Assembly: GCA_002189035.1 (NCBI GenBank)
Contig: NEEC01000016.1
Coordinates: forward strand, 2,108,001-2,172,000
Origin: Utricularia gibba
Taxonomy: Eukaryota > Plantae > Magnoliophyta
Direction of reading: 5' to 3'
Length of the DNA stretch: 64,000 nucleotides
The translations under genes were made by a program, and so were the position numbers. The notes beneath the pieces were generated by a model. That model was not told where the DNA came from and did not search any database. It saw nothing but the letters and a program-made list of their open reading frames with translations. Positions 11,790 to 23,385 of this stretch are shown here, one piece after another (position 1 is the stretch's first letter; every line of letters begins with the position of its first letter).

Positions 11790-12555
11790 CATAAAATACT
11801 CGCCAAAATCTTCAAGTTTAGTTTTCAGTCCTTGACTGAGCATCCCATCCGTAACTTCTGTAAGATCATTACTCAACGGATGATATACTGAGGTGAAATT
11901 ATGTTTTATGGAATACCTATCTAAGAAAGCACCATCGTGCCCCCTGCCAATTAGGTTCCGTTGTCTGTTACCAACTCAAGGGGTATTCCAAACCAGATAA
12001 GAACGTTCCTCCATAAAAAATGGATAACAGTTTATTTTGATATTATGGCCACAACTTCTGCCTCTACCCATTTGGAAAAGTATTCAATTGCATGAACACG
12101 AACTTCCTTTGGCTGGAAGTCTGAGGGAAGGGTCCCATAATGTCTATTCATCAATGGTCAAATGGGCATGATAGTGGTAGGATTGTGAGGTCATTGACCA
12201 GTTTTCTGGGTTCGCTTGCATGATATTGGCAGGCTTTTCACTTCTTTATCAAGTCCATAATATCACGCTTCATGGTTGGCCACAAATATCCACTCCTCAA
12301 TGTCTTTCTGCATAGGGATCGTATGCCGATATGGCTACCGTACTCTTCTTCATGCAAATCGGCAATAGGCCCCTGAGATTGCTCCCTTCCAATACATCAT
12401 AACAAGGGCCCACAAAAAGCTTTTTCTAGAGAACTCCCTCGAGCATCAAATATCTTCATGCTCTAATTCCCATTTTTCGAGCCTTTAGCCTATCGGTTGG
12501 CTTTTCCCCCATTTGTAGGAACTGAATATATAGTTCCATCCAATCCTCATAAGGG
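11790..12555 (-). mobile_element. Tat/Ogre-lineage integrase remnant
   Basis: Minus-strand translation across stops and frameshifts: WMELYIQFLQMGEKPTDRLKARK..RA*RY, IDIMGPFPQTSSQRKFV, IKHNFTSVYHPLSN..LSQGLKTKL. Confidence 0.75.
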
Positions 12556-13703
12556 CTCAGCTGGGAGAGATATCATTCACGGGTTGATGATAGATGTGAT
12601 TTACCACTTGTAGAGTTATTGAAGGTTGGTCTTGTAACCGAATTACCACACTTCCTTCTCTCAGATCATGAAACCCTCCCACAAACCAAGCCAGGCTATC
12701 TACCGATATGTTCCTTTCGTGAGCTATGTGTGATAACGTGAACTCTCTACCAATATGTTCCTTTCATGGCATAACATAACATAAGCAGCAAATTGTTCAC
12801 GTAAGAAAACTAGAAGTAGTCTCAGCTAGAAACAGTGTTCTTCAAGAGTAGAAGAAATCTTGAAAGGAGAGCTTGCATCATGGTTTCATCTTCTTTGTAC
12901 TTCATGGTTCTGCTACTCCCTTCTACCAGATCTCCCTCCCAGAATTGTTTTTCGTGTTCTTTAATGGGGATATATTTTTTCTTTCCTCGAAACGTACCCA
13001 CTGAACTTTTGTTGCATTTTGAAGTGTTGCACTGTGCCTCGATTCTAATGTTGGAACAATATGTATTCTTGCAGCTTCTTGCCACTGGCTCTGTGGACAA
13101 TACGGTTTGTACCTGATATTTGTAGCTCTGTTTGCATAGGTTAAATTATGGAATTTTTCAAATCAGCCATCATGTGTTGCATCCAAAAATCCAAAAACTG
13201 TATGTTTCTGATGCCTCCCCTCCCCTCCCCTCCGGATGTTATTCCAAAGAAAAAGGGATGTGGTAGCACTGATCAAGAAGATGTTTATGTATGTTTTCAT
13301 GGCGCTGTATTTTCCATTTTGTTCTCAGAAGATAGTCCTTTTAGTTTGGCAATTGCGGGATCCAGATGCAAGCTGAAGGTTGGTGCAATTTGCTTGTGCA
13401 CCAGGACCAGAATCCTTCTTTCGTCCTCTCCTATGCTTACTACTAACATAGAGTATCTGGTTTTGAATGTCTGGAACTTGTTAGATTATGGCGAGATATG
13501 CAGAAGGTATGAAGGGGGACTTCGGCCCACAAATCTCCTGGGATAATCAGGCTGCCCCTCTAGCCGCTCCATTTTCTTCTTGTTTTTGTTTTGATGCCCT
13601 CGCCACCAAACACTAGGAATATGCAAGTCTAATTGTCACTTCAATTTGAGTCAGGAGTAGTCAGCCAAAGCTCTGTCCTATACAGAGGAAACAAGGTAGA
13701 ACC

Positions 13704-14733
13704 TCATATCCTCACTAGATTGTCATACCATTGCAAGGGTCTATAGCAGTTGATATTTACTCTATGAAAGCACCTCACGCTGAAGCTATAATCCCATAGA
13801 CCATAAGCCCTCAAATGCTTGCAGGAAATGAGAATTATATCCCTTGTACAATACAGGGGTGTTATGTAGGGAAGAACATACTGACCACACAGATTTTCAG
13901 TGAAGAGAAGCCTAGTAGTTGCTATCCATCTTCCTCCTCCACTAAGGTACCTGATAACAACCCTCTGACTATCACTCTTCATTACGAACAAGTATAACTT
14001 GTTTCCTAGAGCTCCTATTAGTGACTTCTGGTATCCAAAACTGTCATCTACCAATGATGGATAGTTGATGAATTCACATACTTCAGTCGTCAAATCAAAT
14101 GCAAGAATATGTTGCCTGAGATCTGTAATCCTTCTCTCCCAATACAGCTTCCCCTTCAGCAGCCTGCCACCTCTAATCTGAAATTGTGCATTCTCAAGGG
14201 GTAGACCTACATGTCTCCATGCATCAGAATTCAAGCTATAAACCATCAACTCATCAGAAAAAGAATTCCTGCACAGTATAAGCTATAAATCCAGCAGCTA
14301 CATGAGTTGTGGCATCCTCTACGGGCTGCACCACCATCCTTACATGTCTGGTAGCAGGATTCCAAAGCCAAAACTGGCATCTTCTTCTAGATATGATGCA
14401 CAAAATTCCATGACAGGCACCGATAACCTCCCTGACAGAGGGGATTTCAGCAGGAATAGGAATCGCAATACGATCAGACATCCTTAAGGCTACAAAAGAT
14501 GCCCTTAAAATTGCAGGCATATAAGAAGTTTCACGTAAGGAATGACCAACAAGTAGTAGCATTGGAGCTCCATGTCTTTGGTGTATCATGTGGTGTCGAA
14601 TAAAGTCAAGGCTGTTAATTATGCTCTTCCAGCGATGTGACAAACTCCTGCATCTGAGAATAGTTTTTACCGGGAGCCCTAGTAACACTTTCATGATGAT
14701 ATCATCAGGCACATCCGCTGAAACTTCCATCAT
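13704..14733 (-). pseudogene. Single-exon F-box protein with F-box-associated (FBA) domain, frameshifted at ~14285
   Basis: F-box VPDDIIMKVLLGLPVKTILRCRSLSHRWKSII; FBA motifs GACHGILCI..WLWNPATR, VYSLNSDAWRHV, GKLYW..ILAFDLTTE. The two ORFs (14254-14766 and 13704-14249) are in different frames. Likely ATG is 14733, just after a ttgcag acceptor (~14750) of a 5'UTR intron. Confidence 0.85.
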
Positions 14734-15809
14734 GTAAGAGATTCCACACCTGCAAACAAGAGGCAATAAACAATCAAATGTTCTGAATAAAAACTTCTTA
14801 GCTGCTTAAATGAGTTGAAGATTGCCTTCAAACCCCCCAATTGCAACACCAAAATGCCTGACCTTAGTTGCTAGCTCGCAAGTGCTTACTGGTTTGCATG
14901 GTCTAGCACTAGAAATATAACAAGAAACAGACAAGGATAATGGACGTAACACGAGAATGAACTATGAAATCAAGTTAAAACACATCAAGGGGTTCAACTA
15001 CACATAATAGAATGTGATGATGCAATAGGAATGATCACGATGCAATATAAGTGTTACGAAGTGAGTTGGTTGACTTCCGTTTCTTCAAAACGAACTGGTT
15101 TATTTGGGGGCGGTGGCGCGGATTTCGTATTTCTTGTGGATATAATATTATATAAAATAGAATCACAATTTTCATAGTTTAAAATTTTCAAAAACATTTT
15201 TTTACTATACCTTCAAATTTTGAGAGAATTTTTATGAAATATTAAAAACAGAATTTTTAAAATTGTGACAATCACAATTTTCATAATTTAAAATTGTCGA
15301 GCGCTGTAGGGTTTTTTCTACAAAAAAAATTTATCCATTCGATCAAAATGCACCGTAAATCTCGAAAGCCATAATATTTATTCCACGAATTTCAGATGTA
15401 TTATTTAATACATTTGAGCTACAGCGTAATGATCTAGCGCTATAGTCATGTTATCCTATTTACAGAAATTTATTATATTGCATGTGTCAGAAATTTTTTT
15501 TTTCAAAATACTTGTACTTTGACCACATCTTTTATTCTTATTTTTAATCAAACATTTTATCACCAAAAAGGCTTTCAAAAATCTTATTATTCAATTTCAT
15601 ATAACAACTAAGATTCGATTGATGAGTCATAAAAATTGAAAATAAAAAAAAAAACACGCACTCAAGCCAAATAACACGCAAGGATTGACGGATACCAAAA
15701 ATTCCAAATAAAATAAAATATGCACTCACTTCAAATAACAACTACAGATCCAAATAATACAAATTAAATATACCACAAAATCATTCTCGATCCGAATAAC
15801 ACGGCGTCC

Positions 15810-16430
15810 CTCTCACAATCCCACAGGAGGTACTTTAACGTCAACTATATATGCTTCAAAACTAAAATTCTCAATACCAATGGTACTTCAAAAATAAATT
15901 TTTATTTAAAGAAAGTATTGTATTTATTTAACATCAAGTATTATATAAATCAAATAAAAAAATCATTTTTAACACTTTTCTGAGCACAGGAAGAGTTTGG
16001 GGAGCAGGTAAATTGCGCTCGCTCCTCATGCACCTGTTGGATCGAATGCATTAAATAATACACGCATAAACTAGCTACGCTCTTTGAGTTATATAATACT
16101 TAAATTATTTAATGCATTCTATCTAACAGGTGCGTGAGGATCGATCGCAATTTACCGCTTCCCCAAACCCTTCCAAAGGCGATCATGTGCCCAGAAAAGT
16201 ATTAGAAATGATTTTTTTATTTGAGTTATATAATACTTGATGTTAAATAAATACAATACTCTCTTTGAATAAAAAATTATTTTTGAAATACAATTGGTAT
16301 TCAAAATATTAGTTTTGAAACATATATGGTTGACTTTATAAATAATGTTGAGTAGAGGGGTGATATAACGTTTTCCCAAAAATTAGTTCGTAAAGTACCT
16401 CCTATTGCATTGTGAGGATAAAAACCGTCG
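15810..16430. repeat. ~620-bp imperfect palindrome (hairpin), centre ~16085
   Basis: The left arm (..ggtaaattgcgctcgctcctcatgcacctgttggatcgaatgcattaaataat) pairs with the right arm (attatttaatgcattctatctaacaggtgcgtgaggatcgatcgcaatttacc..). Roughly 80% matching by eye, with indels. Confidence 0.9.
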
Positions 16431-16594
16431 TTATTTAACTCATATAGTACACGCACAAGCTACGCTCGTGGGGTGCAAAAGAAAACATACGGGCGTGCGT
16501 TAGCCACAAGCCGCGCCGGTATGCGATTTCTAAGAGGCACCAATAAATCACATACGGGCATGAGTTGGGCTAATCAACGCCCCTGTCTGACCAT

Positions 16595-17783
16595 TGTAAC
16601 ACCCCCGACCCAGGCCTCAGAACAGTAGCTTGGATGTGGTCACAGTAAGGGTCAAGAGACTGACCTTAAAAAAAGGTGAGGGCACTAGTGAACCAGCCCT
16701 TAGGTGTTCGGGTAGGCCCGACGGGCTTAGGATGGACCCGATAGGGTCAGTGGCGAGTATAAGTAGAGGGACTAGAACCCTGGGTTGAGGGGAACCAGCT
16801 AAGGGAGACGGCAGCCACAGGAGGAGGACGGAAACCGCTCAAAGTTAAGGGCTTTATGGTAGAATGGTGCAGGGAGACAGATTGGTGAAAAGCTAACTTC
16901 GTGTGTGGAGATATGGTTCTTGATCCTTAAGTCCTCGCTGCGTGATCGAGGCACCTCGCTGTGTGATCTAGGCACCTCGCTGTGTGATCGAGGTATGATG
17001 AGCTACTGCGGGATTGGGGAGTGCACCCCAATGGCAACGCGGCGTGACCGCGGGTGGTGATGCCACACGAGCAATAAGCGGGGCCATCGAACTACGGTCA
17101 TGGCGGCAACACTGAGCGCTTGTGCTCAGTGGGAGAGGTGCCAAACAAGTAGGACTCTGTGTGGATAGGTATTCGGACTGATTACGAGAATAACGGAGAT
17201 GCCTCGCGGGGCAGTGTGTGGGAACAGTAGCGAGGCTTGTGGGGATGGGGAACTTCGTGAATATGTGTAGCTTAGGCTTGGGGAGGGAGCCGTGTGGCAT
17301 AGGACTGACTTCCCTTACTCTTTCCTGTGTAGGTGGCATGGCTGATGGCGAGGTGGGTGCGGCTGAGGCGGATGTGGAGTGAGGCGTGATCGCTAGGATG
17401 CGTGGTGGATGTTTGTGTGGCGAGGCTTGCTGTCTCATTTCTTTCTTCGTGACTTAGCTCTATTTCCTTGATGGTATGTGCACATTTTTCCTTTATGTTG
17501 TGGCGTCGTGCGCCTAGGCTTGCCGCCTGGTGTGGAACCTTGATTTCCCTGGTGGCTTAATAAAAATCTCTATTTCGTTATTTGAGGTGTGCAGTGAGTC
17601 ATAGCAAGAGGATCTGGCGAGGGATGCCGCCAAGGATCGCCAGGTGCCAGGAATGGCGGTGAGGCAAGAAATGCACCCTCAATCACGTTCCTAACCCACC
17701 CCATGATGATTGGGACACCAAAGCTGAGTGATAGGTGTCAGTAATGTCCTTAGCGTCTAGGGTGCAGGTCGCGAGTCATTACA
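16595..17783 (+). mobile_element. Tekay-type solo LTR (1189 bp)
   Basis: TGTAACACCCCC..CATTACA, flanked by ccat on both sides (4-bp exact match; 5-bp accat/ccatt imperfect). Same family as 19189-20370 in opposite orientation. Contains a 21-bp unit in triplicate at 16933-16993. Confidence 0.9.
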
Positions 17784-19188
17784 CCATTAGCAGATTCCAC
17801 ACGGGCGTGGGTTAACCAGAAGCAAAGTCCGTAGGGGATTCCCAAATTCCTCTGGTGCGGGAATAGTGTTCAGAGCTAATATGCACAGAATCCCTATAAC
17901 AATTAAGCATCGATTGACGAGTCATACAAATTTAAAATAAAAAAAACACGCACTCGAGCCAAATAACGTGCAAGGATGGACAGGTAATAAAAATTTTAAA
18001 TAAAATAAAATATGCTTTCGCTTCAAATAACAATTAAGAATCCAAATAATACAAAATAAAATAAAACAAAATACTCTATCGATCCAAATAACACGTGATT
18101 TAGAACGGTGTACATCTCACAATGCGACCGGGGGTACTTTACGAACTAATTTTTGGGAAAACGGAATATCACCCATCTACCCCACATTATTAATAACGTT
18201 AACTATATATGTTTCAAAATTAATATTTTTAATACCCATTGTATTTCAAAAATAATTTTTTATTCAAAGAAAATATTGTATTTGTTTAACTTCAAGTATT
18301 ATATGGATCAAATAAATAAAATCATTTCTAACATATTTCTGGGCATAAGATAGCCTTTGGAAGAGTTTGGGAAGCAGGTAAATTGCGCTCAATCCTAACG
18401 CACCTGCTAGATCGAATTTAATACTTCCGAAATTCCTGAAATAAATATTATAGCCTTCGATATTTACGGTGCATTTAGATGGAATGGATAAATTGCGTGG
18501 TAGAGTAATGGGGACAAAAAAACTCCACAGCGCTCGATCCTCCTTGTTGATTTAGATCGAATGTGTTGAAATGTTTTTCTTAACAAACACGCATCTATGC
18601 ACGTAGCTTAGGCATAACCAACTGGTGTATTTGCTTCTCACCGTTCATGTTGGAAATAAAACATGATTGTTGTTTTTCCTGTGAACGTTGTCGTCTCACT
18701 CACAAAAAGCTACACGAACGTCGTTTAGGCATAACCAGGGGATGTAGTGTATTTTACGGCTTATTAAAACTGATGTAGAACTTATCTCACGGACACGGAA
18801 CATTAACTAGATATTTGGGATGAAATTAAGAGAAAGAAATATAACTTATCAACGATAGGTGTGTTTATCATATGATTGGATTTGTTCCTTTTTCCCCCCT
18901 TTTGCAATGCATTCCCGCGTTTCGAAACAGAAAACTACCAGGCGATGCAAAATACAGATGAAGAACATCGCCGATGGATCGGGCTGCCTGTGCGCCGAGA
19001 GCCACCGAGGATATTTCTAGGGCACCTTTTGCTTACCAGAGATAATGGAGCCCGCTTCGTGAACTTTGATTTGATTTGTGAAGATAAAAAAAAATAGAAT
19101 TCCAATTTTGTGTTATTCAAACCGCCGTCATTTATCTCATATAGTGACAGGCGTGCGTTAGCCATAGGCCGCGCCAGTATGCGATTTC

Positions 19189-20830
19189 TGTAACGACCCG
19201 CGACCTGCACCCTACACGTTAAGGCCATTATTGACACCTAACACTCAGTCTTGGTGTCCCAATCATCATGGGTGGGTTAGGAACATGAGAAAGGGTGCAT
19301 CTCTCCATTTGCCACACCGCCACTCCTGGCACCTGGCGATCCTTGGCAGCATCCCTTGCCCGATCCTCCCGCCGCGATCACCCAAACAACGTAATTAGCA
19401 AAATAGGGATCTTATTAAGTTGTAAAATGAAGGTTCCAGACCAGGCGGCAAGCCTAGGCGCACGGCGCCACAACATGAAGGAAAAGGACGCAAACTAGCA
19501 AGGGAGTAGAGCTAAGTTACGAATAGGGAATTGAGACAACAAGTCTCCCACACAGTCACCCATCACCCATCTTGGCGATCACGCCTCACTCCTCATCCAC
19601 CTCCGCTGCACCCGCCTCGCCATCAGCCACGCCACCTACACAGGAAAGAGTAAGGGGAGTCAGTCCTATGCCACACGGTTCCCTCCTCAATCTAGACTAC
19701 ACGTATTCCCAAAGTTTCCCCTCCACACGAAGCATCACATCAGTTCACACACACTGCCCCCCCGGGGCATCTCCTTAACTTCTCGTATCAGCTCGTTGTT
19801 CATCCTAGGCATCTCCGATGTTCTCGTAATCGATCCGAACACCTTTCCATACCGAGTCCTACACGTTTGGCACCTCTCCCACTGAGCACAAGTGCTCAGC
19901 GTTGCCGCCATGACCGTAGTTCGATGGCCCCGCTTATTGCTCACATGGCCTCACGATCCGCGGCTTCGCCGCGTTGCCATTGGGGTGCACTCCCCAATCC
20001 CGCCGTAGCTCACAACCCCTCGATCACACAGCGAGGACTTTTAAGAACAAGACCATATCTCCACACACGAAGTTAGCTTCCACCAATCTGTCCCGCAGCA
20101 CAATTCAACCATAAAGCCCTTACCTTTGCGCGATTTCTGATCTTCTCCTGTGGTTGCCGTCTCTTTTAGCTGGTTCCCCCAACTCGGGGTTCTAGTCCCT
20201 CTACTTATACTCGCAACTCACCCTATTGGGTCCATCCTAGGCCCGTCGGGTCTACCCGAACGCCTAAGGGCTGCTTCGCTAGTACTCTCACCTTTTTAAG
20301 GTCAGTCTCTTGACCCTTACTGCGACCATATCCAAGTTGCTGTTCTGAGGTCTGGGTCGGGGGTGTTACAATATCCCCTCCTCAAGACGCTTCGTCTCGA
20401 AGCGGCATGCGAAAAAGCTCGGGAAATTCCTCCCGCACTAGCTCTTTGGGTTCCCACGTGGCATCGTCCTGGCTCTTGCTCGTCCACTGTATTTTCACCC
20501 ATGGTGTTGCCTTGTTCTCTGTCGTAGGAAATGGGCGCTTTTGGTAAGGCGATCCACCACCACCCATATGGCGTCTAGCCCTTCACGGGTTCTTGGCAAG
20601 TGAGTCATGAAATCCATGGTGACGTGCTCCCATTTCCACTCTGGAATATCTAGGGGTTGGAGCATACCGTTGGGTCGCTGGTGTTCAATCTTCACGCGTT
20701 GACAGACCCGACATTCCCCCGCATAGTGTGCGGTGTCCCTCTTCATGCCTTGCCACCAAAAGTCTTGTCGTAGGTCCCGGTACATCTTTGTGCTTCCTGG
20801 GTGGATGGCGACATATGACTGGATTAGTTC
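19189..20830 (-). mobile_element. Tekay chromovirus 3' end: 3' LTR (19189-20370), PPT, chromodomain and integrase fragment
   Basis: PPT gaggaggggatat abuts TGTAACACCC on the minus strand. Chromodomain KIQWTSKSQDDATWEPKELVREEFPELF; integrase HPGSTKMYRDLRQDFWWQGMKRD..CRVCQRVK..WKWEHVTMDF..VVVDRLTKSAHF. Confidence 0.92.
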
Positions 20831-21128
20831 CTTTTCTATCCCTGTTATAATGGATTCCCGTGTTCCGAAAGAGAAAACCATCGGGCGATTCGAAATCGAG
20901 ATGAGAAGATCACCGATCGATCACGCTAGCAGGTGACGTTGATGAAGCATCACCTAGGACTTTTCAAGAAAGCCACAGAATGTAGCATTCTCTATAGTGT
21001 TGGGATCACCTTCTACACCAAGTCCCCTGGCGAGAAGGTCTTCAAATTCTCTTCTACCACTCCAGCTGGTGTACCGATCCGTTTTCGACGGAGTGAACCC
21101 TTCATCCAATGAAAATCAGGCCATTTGT

Positions 21129-21250
21129 TGTAACAACCCGCGACCTGCACCCTAGACGCTAAGGTAATTACTGACACCTAAACACTCTACAAGGGTGTCC
21201 CAATGATCGTGGTGGGGGCTAGGAACATGGTTATGAGTGCATCTTTCTCT
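21129..21250 (-). repeat. Third fragment of the same Tekay LTR family
   Basis: tgtaacaacccgcgacctgcaccctagacgctaagg matches 19189-19300; truncated. Confidence 0.8.
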
Positions 21251-21469
21251 TGTTTTAGCAATTTGGGAGGGCGATGTAGGAGTTACAAATGAAGCTACTC
21301 AATAGACATGGGCATGGGTGGGACCCCTGTCGAGCTATTTATGAAATCTTGACTCACCGGATACGGGTTAACGGATTACGACCCGCAACTCAACCCGTAT
21401 ACGAGTAAAAATACTATTGCACTCACACTCCACCTGGGTATGCCACCCTCCACACGGGTGGCGGGTACG

Positions 21470-22400
21470 TGATGAATGTTGGAACATGTTTGCTAAAAGT
21501 AGCGGTCTAGCACATTCAACTCATCAAAAGAAATTTTTAAACCTAGCTATTCTACTACACAAATCACAAGAATTAATGTAGTCTGGTAAGCAAGGGTCGA
21601 ATCCACAGAGAATGATTGCAATTTCTTGAAGTCCTTTACATTTACTGAAAACACGGAGGGGTTTTTTGGGGGTTTAGCTCTCATGCACGTAAGACATAAA
21701 ATAAAAGCAATTTAAATGAACAAGTTGTAGGGTTGAAGAAGCATAGAAATTAACAGGAGTGTGTATAAAACACAAAGTGAAAGTGACTTGATTGGGTTTT
21801 ACATCAGGGTCTGACTCTTGTATCACTCAAGAGAGCCCATAGGCTTAAATCCAGTTTTAACACGCTTAAAAATAGGGTAGAGGGTCGCAGAAGCAGTAAA
21901 CATGTTAAACTTAAAACCAAACATGAAAAGCTTAAACATAAACAAGTTCATAAGAGATTTTTCATTCACGGCAAAGCATCATAAACGTAACAGAAAGCAT
22001 GGAAAACAGAAAGTAACAGTAGCAAGTTCAACAATAGAAATGAAGTGCAGAAAACGAAAATAAAAGTATAAGACTGCTTCTGTGAGCTGTAGATCTGCTA
22101 TATCTGAAGTTTTGGGTCTAGATTTGGTCTAAAAAATGTAGATCTGAGGCAAGTCGAAGCTGTTCATTGGAGAAACATAGTTCTCCTTGCTCACACTCCT
22201 CACTATTCTCTCTCATCTCTCTCTTCTTCCTCTTTCCTTTTCCTGCTTAAAGTAAGATTATCTCCATCTTTTCCATGGGCTTTTAGAAGGAAGATCTATG
22301 CTCGAGATCTTATGTTTTCAGAAGGCGACTACTTTCGGCGAAAAGTGGCTTTTTCTCAGCTTTTCTGCTCCTTTTGACTTGTCAACACAATATCTGGCAT
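21470..22400 (-). repeat. Truncated Athila LTR (family of copies A/B/D)
   Basis: Starts tgatgaatgttgg, contains aagcaagggtcgaatccacagagaatg, and is collinear with 27526-28520. Confidence 0.88.
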
Positions 22401-23385
22401 AAATCTATTTCCCTTACCCTCTTTTGGTTCTTCTGAATAGCTTTGTCAACTTCTGCATTGAAACCAATATCCCATGTGCCAGAATGCATATATATTAAAA
22501 CATATAACAATTAAACATTGCTCCTCAATAATTGTATCAATTTGATACATGAAAATTTTGATATCATTATGGAAAATAAAATTTCATATTATATACATTT
22601 ATAAAACACCAATCCATAAAACTAAACACAAGATCCATAGTGGGTTTTGGGATCAAGCACATGGAACTAGTACTTATGGTGTGAAATTTCATGCATTTTG
22701 ATTGCCATAATCAATAATAATTTTTAATAAACACTACAAAAAAAATGTAACAACAATTTGCGAAATTGAAAATAACAATACAAGTATCAATTCTAAATGT
22801 AGCAAATGCAAAATCCATTGCCTCAAGAGTTATTGAGGATGAGTTGGTTGAATTTTTTATATCAAACCTTTAAGGTGTTTTTTTGTTAACTCCAAATATT
22901 CTAAGCCTATCCATACCAATATTTATGATTTTTTTATTTTAATTTTTCTAAGTTTTCTAAACCATTTTACATATAAATTTATCATTTTATAAGGTAAATA
23001 AGAAGGCCTAATCAATCCTATTGATCTCTACCTACACAAATCTACTAATGTATCACGTCTCAATTATTTGATCTACTCGAAGTTGAGTTTCCTAAGTTCG
23101 GTATTCTTCCCTCCTACACTCCCCCTCCTAAATCTATCATGTAATATTGAGAAATTATATACAACACTTTTAAGATTCAGTTTCTATACTAAACCGACAT
23201 ACACCTCTTTCATTTCTAAGGAATCACACAAATATCAGATTACTTATCCCAAAATAAAGCAAATTAACTTTACAAATTAATGGTAAAAAGATGCTCATAT
23301 TCACAATCATAACAATAAAAGAACAAGTTAAAAATAAAATATTCAAATATCATAAATATAAGTAAATAACTTTCTACTTCCACAA

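Larger units (their letters stand above)
15292..18540. repeat. AT-rich long inverted-repeat structure (possible long-TIR/foldback non-autonomous element)
   Basis: 15292-15420 plus 16095-16437 together approximate the reverse complement of 18110-18540. 15610-16075 is a direct copy of 17900-18415. No TSD found. Confidence 0.7.

Noticed and set aside
12822-13546. Exon-like ORFs downstream of the F-box gene (12822-13100 -, 12835-13116 +, 13148-13546 +)
   Set aside because: No recognisable domain or consistent splice structure; cannot be supported without homology or RNA data.
16152-18353. Paralogous small ORFs MGKRYITP.. (16152-16379, -) and MGKRNITH.. (18153-18353, +) as a novel peptide family
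   Set aside because: They are the same AT-rich inverted-repeat arm read in the two orientations; no coding signature.
16968-20076. Pro/Ser-rich ORFs at 16968-17438 and 19572-20076
   Set aside because: They lie within GC-rich Tekay LTR sequence, and the frame is not conserved between copies.
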